A stretch of DNA of 64,000 nt from Angustibacter luteus (GTDB lineage Bacteria > Actinomycetota > Actinomycetes > Actinomycetales > Angustibacteraceae): the NCBI RefSeq assembly GCF_039541115.1, contig NZ_BAABFP010000004.1, forward strand, positions 248,001-312,000, in the 5' to 3' direction. The notes below the pieces were generated by a model. The model made no database searches and was not told the DNA's origin. It worked only from the letters and a program-made list of their open reading frames with translations. A program made the translations under genes and the position numbers. Below, piece by piece: positions 7,239 through 14,766 of this stretch (position 1 is its first letter; each line of letters begins with the position of its first letter).

Positions 7239-9683
7239 GTGACCACGTGGGATGCGGGAGTCCGCGAGGCGAGGATGCGCCTCGCCCGCGCCCTGATCGG
7301 GCCGGGGGCCACGGACCGGGCGATCCGTGAGGCCGAGAAGCAGGCATTGCGAACCCTCGACTCGATCGAGGCGGACGGGCGTGCCGGGCGGGACGTCGAG
7401 GGTCCCGCGAAGTGGGAGGTCCTGGAGGAGCTGGCCGGGATCGCTCGCCTTCGCGGCCAGGCTCAACCGGAGATGGAGCGGCTGGTCGAGGCCGTCATCG
7501 CCGCACCGCCCGACCCGGCGGCGCGGCTGGCGGACCAGATCGTGCAGCTCCTCGAGAGCTCCGGTGATGGGAGCCTGGTCGAGGGGCTGCCGAACGAGGT
7601 CGCGTCCCGACTCTGGGAGGCCGCCCACGACGACGAACGTCCGGACGCCGTCGTCCAGCTGGCCGCCCGGCTCGCCCTCGCGCGCGGGCACGTCACCGCA
7701 GCGAGCGAGGTGAGCCGCCAGCGCGACTCCGTCGCCTCCGCTGGCGCTGAGCTGCACGCCGTCAGCGTGGTCGCCGCGGTCCTCGACCTCCTCGCCGAGG
7801 GCGACACCGGAGCGGCCGAGGCGCGGTTGGCCGAGGTCGGCCACCTCGACCGTGAGCCGTCCGTGGTGCTGGCCGACGCGCTGCTGCGGTACGCCCGGGG
7901 CGATCTCGAGGGTGCCCGCCGCCTGGCTGAGGACTGGTCCGGCGCGGGCGACGTGGGGACGGTCGCGGTGATCGCGCTGCTCCGGCAGGCGGTGGACGAG
8001 GCGGACGCCGCGGGGATCTTCAAGGCGGCGCGCAGTGCCGCGACCCGTACGGTCCGGCACGACCCGTCGTCCGGGGAACCGGTGCTGCTGCGGGCCCAGG
8101 TGCTGCTCGAGGCCGGGGTGGAGCTCGAGCTCGGGCGCGAGCTGCTGGCCACCGCCGTGACCCGGCTCGGCTCGCCGTACGCGCTGCCGTGGTGGCGGGT
8201 CCAGGACCGGGCCCGTGACGACCACCGGTACACCTACTTCCGCGTCGAGGTCGCCGCGGCGCTCGAGAACCCCGGCGAGATCCCCGGCCTGGCCGCGTCC
8301 TTCGAGGCGACCAGCCTCACGACGTACGCGCAGGACGCGAGGTTGCGCGAGCTCTGGGGCGGCGCCGCGGACGACCCGGACGAGGCTTTGAGCCTGCTCC
8401 GCGCCGCGGCGTCCGACTACCGGAACGCCGACGACATGCCCGCAGCGGTGCGGTGCCTGCGCGCCGTCCGAGACCGCGATCCCGACGCCAGGTCGGGCTT
8501 GGAGCTGGTGGATGCGCTGTGGGCCGCCTCGTTCGCCACGACGCCGGAGGTCGGCGACAAGCTCGTAGCCGAGGGGCTCGCACTGATGGGTGCGCTGGAG
8601 GGGCAGCACGGACCGGACGCGATCGGTCGGGCGAGCCTGGTGTGGGGGCTGTTGCTGGCGCGGGCGGACGCGATGGCTGCCGCTGATCACCCGGTCCGGA
8701 CCAGCCAACGGTGGCGACCGCTGCCGCACCTGCTGCTGGCGGCGCTGCTCGACACCGAGGCTTCGTACACCTGGGCGCACCTGGCCTGGGCGTGCGTGGA
8801 TGCTGATCTTCAGTGGCCGGCCGCGTGGTCCGGTCGGCGGGCGCTCGACCTGCGTCCGGGCGACAACTGGCTGATCGAGACGCGCGTGGTGTCCGAGACG
8901 AACTGGTGCGGCGTCCTCGACGACGACCTGCGGGACTGGTTGCAGCAGGTGCCGTCGGACGTCGCCGCCCCAGGCTGGGTGGCCACGGTGCAGGCGTACG
9001 ACCTGCTGGTCCGCGAGCTGGCGCCCGACGCTGCGGACCTGGTGCCGCAGATGGACTTCGACGCCTGGTGGGCCCGCGAGATCCGGGTGCAGTCCCTCGC
9101 GCTCGGCCAGTCCCTGTCGGCGGCCGTCCGCGACCTGCGCGACCTGGTCCAGGAGGCCGAGAGGCGCGGTCAGCTGGTCGACGCGGCCTGGTACTGCCTG
9201 CTCGACGACCCCGAGCGAGGGCGAGTACTGGCCGAGGAGGTGGACGCCGGGGGCGAGCGAAGCCCCAGCGCGGAGCTCCGGCTGGCGGCCATCCAGATCA
9301 TGACGTCCGCTGGGACGGCGGGCGCCGACCGGTACGCGGCGACCCTGCGGCGAAGCCGCCGACCCTCGCGGCTCGTCCAGGAGAGCACGATCGCGCTGCC
9401 GCTGCTCACCCTGGCCCAGCAGGACGACGAGCCGTTGTCGGTGTTGCGATCGCTCACCGACCTGGCGCGCTCACTGGCTGACGACGTCGAGCGGGCTCCT
9501 GCCCTGACGGTCGAGCTGGAGTCGCAGGAGGCCTGGTGCGACGACAGCGAGCTGGCCGCTCTCGTGCGTCGCCTGCTCGACGTCGCGGACTCCGGGTCAC
9601 CGGACGACGGCGCGCCGCCCGACCTCCCCTGGCTGCCGGGTGCGGCGACGGTCGCCGCCGCCTGGCAGGCCCTGAAGCCGTAG
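7239..9683 (+). CDS. Large alpha-helical TPR-like protein
   Basis: 814 aa, A/L/E/R-rich with TPR-like segments (DPSSGEPVLLRAQVLL; EASYTWAHLAWAC...RRALDLRPGD). Starts 5 nt after the caspase stop. Confidence 0.65.
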   Translation: MTTWDAGVREARMRLARALIGPGATDRAIREAEKQALRTLDSIEADGRAGRDVEGPAKWEVLEELAGIARLRGQAQPEMERLVEAVIAAPPDPAARLADQIVQLLESSGDGSLVEGLPNEVASRLWEAAHDDERPDAVVQLAARLALARGHVTAASEVSRQRDSVASAGAELHAVSVVAAVLDLLAEGDTGAAEARLAEVGHLDREPSVVLADALLRYARGDLEGARRLAEDWSGAGDVGTVAVIALLRQAVDEADAAGIFKAARSAATRTVRHDPSSGEPVLLRAQVLLEAGVELELGRELLATAVTRLGSPYALPWWRVQDRARDDHRYTYFRVEVAAALENPGEIPGLAASFEATSLTTYAQDARLRELWGGAADDPDEALSLLRAAASDYRNADDMPAAVRCLRAVRDRDPDARSGLELVDALWAASFATTPEVGDKLVAEGLALMGALEGQHGPDAIGRASLVWGLLLARADAMAAADHPVRTSQRWRPLPHLLLAALLDTEASYTWAHLAWACVDADLQWPAAWSGRRALDLRPGDNWLIETRVVSETNWCGVLDDDLRDWLQQVPSDVAAPGWVATVQAYDLLVRELAPDAADLVPQMDFDAWWAREIRVQSLALGQSLSAAVRDLRDLVQEAERRGQLVDAAWYCLLDDPERGRVLAEEVDAGGERSPSAELRLAAIQIMTSAGTAGADRYAATLRRSRRPSRLVQESTIALPLLTLAQQDDEPLSVLRSLTDLARSLADDVERAPALTVELESQEAWCDDSELAALVRRLLDVADSGSPDDGAPPDLPWLPGAATVAAAWQALKP

Positions 9684-9705
9684 CAGCCGGTCCCCCACCA
9701 CCCCT

Positions 9706-9776
9706 TTCCGCCACTCAGGCCGGTTTCCGCCGACCGAAAGCGGTCTGAGTGGCGGAAACCGGCCTGGGTGGCGGAA
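9706..9776. repeat. Long inverted repeat (REP-like element or bidirectional terminator)
   Basis: 26-nt arms 9706-9731 and 9751-9776 with one mismatch, inner hairpin GACCG-AAAG-CGGTC; between convergent genes. Confidence 0.8.
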
Positions 9777-9793
9777 GCGGGTGGGGCAGGGGG

Positions 9794-10624
9794 TCAGTCG
9801 AGGGGGTCGGTGAGCGGGTCCTTCTTCGAGGACGCCTTGCCGTTGGCCTCGGCGGCGTCCGTGATGGCCTCCTCCGCCGCCGCGCTGTCCGCGGTCAGAC
9901 CGGGGACCTCGGCGTCGTCCTCGCCCGCACCGTCGAGCGCCGCCTCGGCGGCACCGGAGTCCAGCGAGTCACCGGCGGACGTGGCGGACGTGGCGGACGT
10001 GGCGGCCGGCGTCGACCAGCTGTTCGCCCCCGGGTAGGTGCCCTCGGGAATGGCCCACGGGTCCTCGGCCGGGCCACGGCTCTGCAGCACCGCCCGCGCC
10101 GCTGCGGCGCCCGCCGCGATGGCGGCGAAGAACAGGAACACCTTCTTCTTGCTGCGCTTCTTCTTCGCGACTTTCTCGCCCTTGGCGACGGCCACGGCGT
10201 CCGCACCGCGGCTCTTGGCGGTGTCCGCGACGTCCGATGCCTTGTCGGACGCCTTCGCGGCGCCGGCCGCACCCGCGGCGGCAGCTGCAGCGGCGGCCGC
10301 GTTCACGGCCTCCACGAGCCGGGGCAGCAGGTCGTCCACGATCTTGTCGCGGGCGGCCTCAGCAGCCGGCGGCACGCGGTCGACCGCGGCCTCGACCTTC
10401 GGTGCGGCCGCCTCGACGGCCGCCGAGGCCTTCGGTGCCGCCCAGTCCCGCGCGTCCCGGGCCTTCGCGGCGGCAGCCGGAGCCACCGTCTCGCGCAGGG
10501 CGTGGCTGGCGCTCGCCACGGCGTCCTGCACCTGGGACTTGGCGTCCTTGGCCTTGTCGGCCGCAGAGTCCTTGACCGAGCTCGCCTGGTCCTTGGCCTT
10601 GTCGGTGCGGCTCTTCGTGAACAC
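9794..10624 (-). CDS. Alanine/lysine-rich membrane-anchored protein (DUF5324-like position next to ppiA)
   Basis: GGGAGG RBS then GTG 10624; KKKRSKKK followed by a TM segment and DPW motif; divergent from ppiA. Confidence 0.7.
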   Translation of the reverse strand: MFTKSRTDKAKDQASSVKDSAADKAKDAKSQVQDAVASASHALRETVAPAAAAKARDARDWAAPKASAAVEAAAPKVEAAVDRVPPAAEAARDKIVDDLLPRLVEAVNAAAAAAAAAGAAGAAKASDKASDVADTAKSRGADAVAVAKGEKVAKKKRSKKKVFLFFAAIAAGAAAARAVLQSRGPAEDPWAIPEGTYPGANSWSTPAATSATSATSAGDSLDSGAAEAALDGAGEDDAEVPGLTADSAAAEEAITDAAEANGKASSKKDPLTDPLD

Positions 10625-10733
10625 GGGCCCTCCCTGGTGATGGTCTGTCGACGTCCCATCCTGCCCTGATGTGGGCAATCTCGCCTACCCAGGGGTAGGC
10701 ACCGGATTCGCCCTCCGTGCGAGGATGTCGCGC

Positions 10734-11258
10734 ATGGACGTCACGCTGCACACGAACAAGGGCGACATCAACATCACGCTCTTTCCCGACCACGCGCCCG
10801 AGACCGTGCGCAACTTCGTCGGCCTGGCCGACGGCACCAAGGAATGGAAGGACGCCGAGACCGGCGAGACCAAGACGGAGCCCTTCTACAACGGACTCAC
10901 GTTCCACCGCATCATCCCCGGCTTCATGATCCAGGGTGGCTGCCCGCGCGGCGACGGCCGCGGTGGCCCCGGCTTCACCTTCGACGACGAGATCGCACCC
11001 GAGCTCGCCTTCGACAAGCCCTACCTGCTCGCCATGGCCAACGCCGGCAAGCAGGGTGGCAAGGGCACCAACGGCTCGCAGTTCTTCATCACCGTCGAGC
11101 CCACCGGCTGGCTGCAGGGCAAGCACACCATCTTCGGTGAGGTCGCCGACCAGTCCAGCAAGGACGTCGTCGACTCCATCGTCGCGGTGCCCACCGGCCC
11201 CGGCGACGCCCCGCGCGAGCCGGTCGTCATCGAGTCCGTCACCACCACCGCCGCCTGA
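10734..11258 (+). CDS. ppiA: Cyclophilin-type peptidyl-prolyl cis-trans isomerase
   Basis: APETVRNFVGLA, FHRIIPGFMIQGG, LAMANAG, TNGSQFFIT, WLQGKHTIFGEV. Confidence 0.96.
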   Translation: MDVTLHTNKGDINITLFPDHAPETVRNFVGLADGTKEWKDAETGETKTEPFYNGLTFHRIIPGFMIQGGCPRGDGRGGPGFTFDDEIAPELAFDKPYLLAMANAGKQGGKGTNGSQFFITVEPTGWLQGKHTIFGEVADQSSKDVVDSIVAVPTGPGDAPREPVVIESVTTTAA

Positions 11259-11295
11259 CCGCAGCACCACCACCAAGGCAACAGGGGACCGACCG

Positions 11296-12174
11296 GTGAG
11301 CACCTCGGCTGAACCGCCGTCCGGCTCACCGGTCGATCCGTCTGCGGAGCCCGTCTGCCCCCGCCACCCCAACCGGGTGAGCTACGTCCGCTGCCAGCGC
11401 TGCGAACGACCCACCTGTCCCGAGTGCCAGCGGCAGGCCGCGGTCGGCATCCAGTGCGTCGACTGCGTGCGCGAGCAGGCGAAGACCGTCCGCTCCGGTC
11501 GCACCGCCTTCGGTGGCCAGATCCGCGACGGCAGACCCGTCGTCACCTTCGCGATCATCGGCATCTGCGTCGTCGTCTACCTGCTGCAACGCCTGCCGGG
11601 CACCGACATCACCGACCGGTTCGCCTTCGTGCCGGCGCTCGCGGACGCCGAGCCGTACCGGTTCATCACGTCGGCCTTCCTGCACTCCCCGGGCTGGCCG
11701 CTGCACATCCTGTTCAACATGATCGTGCTCTACCAGGTGGGCCCGTTCCTCGAGCAGCAGCTCGGTCGGGTGCGCTACCTCGCGCTCTACCTGGTGAGCG
11801 CCCTCGGCGGCTCCGTCGGCTTCCTGCTGCTGGCCAACCCGCTGAACCCGTTCTCGTGGGGCGCCAGCGTCGTGGGCGCGTCCGGGGCGGTGTTCGGCCT
11901 CTTCGGCGCTCTGCTCATCGTGCAGCGCCGACTCGGCCAGGAGTCCGCCGGCGTGATCGTCTTCATCGTGATCAACTTCGCGCTCGGTTTCGTCGTCCCG
12001 AACGTCGCCTGGCAGGGTCACCTCGGCGGGCTGATCACCGGCGCTGCGGTGGGCCTGGTGATGGCGGCGCCGGTCAAGCAGCACCGGACGGCCATCCAGA
12101 TCGCCGGCACCCTCGCGATCGTGGCCGTCCTCGTCGTCCTGTCGGTGTGGAAGCTGTCCACGGCCGTCTTCTGA
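11296..12174 (+). CDS. Rhomboid family intramembrane serine protease with N-terminal B-box-like zinc finger
   Basis: CPRHP...CQRCERPTCPEC...CVDC; HILFNM; GASG; WQGHLGG. Confidence 0.93.
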   Translation: MSTSAEPPSGSPVDPSAEPVCPRHPNRVSYVRCQRCERPTCPECQRQAAVGIQCVDCVREQAKTVRSGRTAFGGQIRDGRPVVTFAIIGICVVVYLLQRLPGTDITDRFAFVPALADAEPYRFITSAFLHSPGWPLHILFNMIVLYQVGPFLEQQLGRVRYLALYLVSALGGSVGFLLLANPLNPFSWGASVVGASGAVFGLFGALLIVQRRLGQESAGVIVFIVINFALGFVVPNVAWQGHLGGLITGAAVGLVMAAPVKQHRTAIQIAGTLAIVAVLVVLSVWKLSTAVF

Positions 12175-12177
12175 CGG

Positions 12178-12198
12178 TTGTCCACAGGGTTGTCCCCA
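12178..12198 (+). promoter_or_regulatory. DnaA box pair
   Basis: TTGTCCACA at 12178-12186 (actinobacterial consensus) and TTGTCCCCA at 12190-12198. Confidence 0.65.
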
Positions 12199-12252
12199 CC
12201 CTGGGGATGGAATCACACCTGTGTAAGCAGCACCCCGACGATCAGCGGGGGC

Positions 12253-12501
12253 TCAGCGCCAGCGGGTCGCCATCACGAAGCCGACCATGATGACGCCGAA
12301 GCCGAGGATGACGTTCCACGGGCCCAAGGCCTCGATCGGGTAACGACCCTGGCTGATGTAGAACGTGACGATGTACGCCAACCCGATCACGAACAACGCG
12401 CACATCACGGGGGCGTACCACGACGGGCTCTGCTTCGGCCCGGCCGACTTCGCCGGCGGGGGCGTGTAGGCGGCCTTCTTGCGGGCCCTGGATTCGGGCA
12501 C
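12253..12501 (-). CDS. crgA: Cell division protein CrgA
   Basis: MPESRARKK...SPSWY...GPWN..LGFG......MATRWR; two TM helices; conserved synteny. Confidence 0.95.
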   Translation of the reverse strand: MPESRARKKAAYTPPPAKSAGPKQSPSWYAPVMCALFVIGLAYIVTFYISQGRYPIEALGPWNVILGFGVIMVGFVMATRWR

Positions 12502-12542
12502 GGCGACTCCTCAGGTTGCTGTGGTCGTCTAGCGTAGTGGTC

Positions 12543-13286
12543 ATGTTCACCCGCCTGCGCCAGTTGCGGCTGACGCGGTGGGGTGTCGCCGCGCCGGTCG
12601 TGTTCGCCATGGCCGGGCTGCTGGCCACGACGAGCGCCGCGACCGCCCGCGGGACGGACCTGCGCGCCGAGGGCCGCACCAACACCGCGGACCTCGTCCG
12701 TGAGCAGGAGCACCGCGCGCAGGTGCAGGAGAACCAGGTCGCGCAGCTGCGGGCCCAGGTGCAGGAGCTGAGCCGGGCCGGCGCGCCGTCCGGCTCCCAG
12801 CTCGAGTCGCTCACCAAGCAGGTCGTCGCTCTCGGCCAGGCCGCCGGCACCCGTCCGGTCCGCGGGCGCGCCCTGCGGGTCTCGCTGGACGACGCCCCGC
12901 ACTCCGACCAGGTGCCCGACGGCTTCGAGCCGGACGACCTGGTCGTGCACCAGCAGGACGTCCAGGCCGTGGTGAACACGCTGTGGGCCGCGGGCGCCGA
13001 GGCCATGATGCTGATGGACCAGCGAGTGATCTCGACCAGCGCCGTCCGCTGCGTCGGCAACGTGCTGATCCTGCAGGACCGCGTGTACTCCCCGCCGTAC
13101 AAGATCACCGCCATCGGTGACCCGGCGAAGATGGAGCGCGCGCTCGAGGACTCCGAGCAGCTGCAGATCTACCGGCAGTACGTGGACGCCGTCGGGCTGG
13201 GGTACAAGGTCGAGCGCCTCGGCCTCACGAAGCTGCCCGGGTACGACGGCTCGCTGCTGCTCGAGCACGCGACAGCGATCCGGTGA
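12543..13286 (+). CDS. DUF881 family protein
   Basis: VSLDDAP...VVHQQDVQAVVNTLWAAGAEAM..MDQRVISTSAVRCVGN...YSPPYKITAIGD; divergent from crgA. Confidence 0.9.
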   Translation: MFTRLRQLRLTRWGVAAPVVFAMAGLLATTSAATARGTDLRAEGRTNTADLVREQEHRAQVQENQVAQLRAQVQELSRAGAPSGSQLESLTKQVVALGQAAGTRPVRGRALRVSLDDAPHSDQVPDGFEPDDLVVHQQDVQAVVNTLWAAGAEAMMLMDQRVISTSAVRCVGNVLILQDRVYSPPYKITAIGDPAKMERALEDSEQLQIYRQYVDAVGLGYKVERLGLTKLPGYDGSLLLEHATAIR

Positions 13287-13966
13287 ACGCGGTGCGGGTC
13301 GCCGTCCGGGGGGTCGGCGAGGTCTTCATCACGGCCGGGATCGTGCTGCTGCTGTTCGTCGTCTGGCAGCTGTGGTGGACCGACGTCACCGCCACCCGCG
13401 TGCAGACCCAGCAGACCCAGGCGCTGCAGCAGCAGTGGGACGACCAGCCCCCGCACCCCAGCGCCTCGGCCGAGCCGAAGACGATCACCAGCGTCCCCTA
13501 CGGCAAGGCGTTCGCGCTCATCCACATCCCGCGGTTCGGCAAGGGCTACGCCCGCCCGATCTTGGAGGGCACGTCGCTGGAGGTGCTCGACCGGGGCGTC
13601 GGCCACTACGTCGGCGCCGCCTTCCCCGGGCAGGTCGGCAACTTCGCGGTCGCCGGGCACCGGGTCACCTACGCCAAGCCGTTCAACCGGGTCGACGAGC
13701 TCAAGGTCGGCGACCCGATCGTCATCGAGACCTCGAACGCCTGGTACGTCTACCGGGTCGTCTCGCACCGGATCGTCACCCCGGACCACACCGAGGTCAT
13801 CGCGCCGGTGCCGAACCACCCGGGCCAGCAACCGACGGACGCCATGATGACCATGACGGCCTGCCACCCGAAGTTCTCGGCGCGCCAGCGGTACGTGCTG
13901 TTCAGCAAGCTCGACCAGACGATCGCGAAGGCGCCGGGCGTCGTCCCGGACGTCCTGAGGGGGTAG
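13283..13966 (+). CDS. Class E sortase
   Basis: N-terminal TM, GVGHY, GNFAVAGHRVTY, TMTACHPKFSARQR (His/Cys/Arg triad). Confidence 0.92.
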   Translation: MNAVRVAVRGVGEVFITAGIVLLLFVVWQLWWTDVTATRVQTQQTQALQQQWDDQPPHPSASAEPKTITSVPYGKAFALIHIPRFGKGYARPILEGTSLEVLDRGVGHYVGAAFPGQVGNFAVAGHRVTYAKPFNRVDELKVGDPIVIETSNAWYVYRVVSHRIVTPDHTEVIAPVPNHPGQQPTDAMMTMTACHPKFSARQRYVLFSKLDQTIAKAPGVVPDVLRG

Positions 13967-13968
13967 CG

Positions 13969-14127
13969 GTGTACGGCTGGATCTGGCGCCACCTGCCCGG
14001 GCCGACGTGGGCGAGAATCGTGCTGTCCGTCGTCCTCGCGTTGGCCGTGGTGGCGGTGCTGTTCGTGTGGGGCTTCGACCTGCTCGCCCCCTACATGCCC
14101 TTCAACGACGGGACGGTGAACGAATGA
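13969..14127 (+). CDS. Small conserved membrane protein (52 aa)
   Basis: MYGWIWRHLPGPTWARIVLSVVLALAVVAVLFVWGF...; fills the sortase-trpG gap and has an ATGA overlap with trpG. Confidence 0.75.
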   Translation: MYGWIWRHLPGPTWARIVLSVVLALAVVAVLFVWGFDLLAPYMPFNDGTVNE

Positions 14128-14756
14128 GCGAAGGCCCCCGCGTGCTCGTCGTGGACAACTACGACAGCTTCGTGTTCACGATCATCGGCTACCTGACCCA
14201 GCTCGGGGCGGTCTGCGACGTCGTCCGCAACGACGCGCTGTCCGTCGAGGACGGCGCCGGTTACGACGGCGTGCTGCTCTCCCCCGGCCCGGGCACCCCC
14301 GAGGACGCCGGGATCTGCGTCGACATGGTGCGCGCCTGCGCCGACCGGGGCCAGCCCATGCTCGGGGTCTGCCTCGGCCACCAGGCCCTCGGCGTCGCCT
14401 TCGGCGGCGTGGTCGGCCGGGCGCCCGAGCTGTTGCACGGCAAGACGAGCCTCGTCGAGCACGAGGGCGCCGGCGTGCTGGCCGGCCTGCCGACGCCGTT
14501 CACCGCCACCCGCTACCACTCGCTGACCATCGAGCCCGAGACCGTGCCGGACGAGCTCGAGGTCACCGGGAGCACCGCGAGCGGCATCATCATGGCCGTC
14601 CGGCACCGCGACCTGCCGCTCGAGGGCGTGCAGTTCCACCCCGAGTCGGTGCTCACCGAGGGCGGGCACCTGCTGCTCGCCAACTGGCTGACCACCTGCG
14701 GGGACGACGGAGCCGTCGCCCGCTCTGCGGGCATGGCGCCGCTGGTGCGCAGCTGA
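14124..14756 (+). CDS. trpG: Aminodeoxychorismate/anthranilate synthase component II (glutamine amidotransferase)
   Basis: VDNYDSF, LSPGPG, LGVCLGHQ, RYHSL, GVQFHPES. Confidence 0.95.
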   Translation: MSEGPRVLVVDNYDSFVFTIIGYLTQLGAVCDVVRNDALSVEDGAGYDGVLLSPGPGTPEDAGICVDMVRACADRGQPMLGVCLGHQALGVAFGGVVGRAPELLHGKTSLVEHEGAGVLAGLPTPFTATRYHSLTIEPETVPDELEVTGSTASGIIMAVRHRDLPLEGVQFHPESVLTEGGHLLLANWLTTCGDDGAVARSAGMAPLVRS

Positions 14757-14766
14757 TCCCGACGCG

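Noticed and set aside
5128..7347. 739-aa minus-strand ORF (and 7143-8780) opposite the caspase operon
   Set aside because: Antisense shadow frames typical of high-GC DNA; no motifs, whereas the plus-strand frames carry clear signatures.
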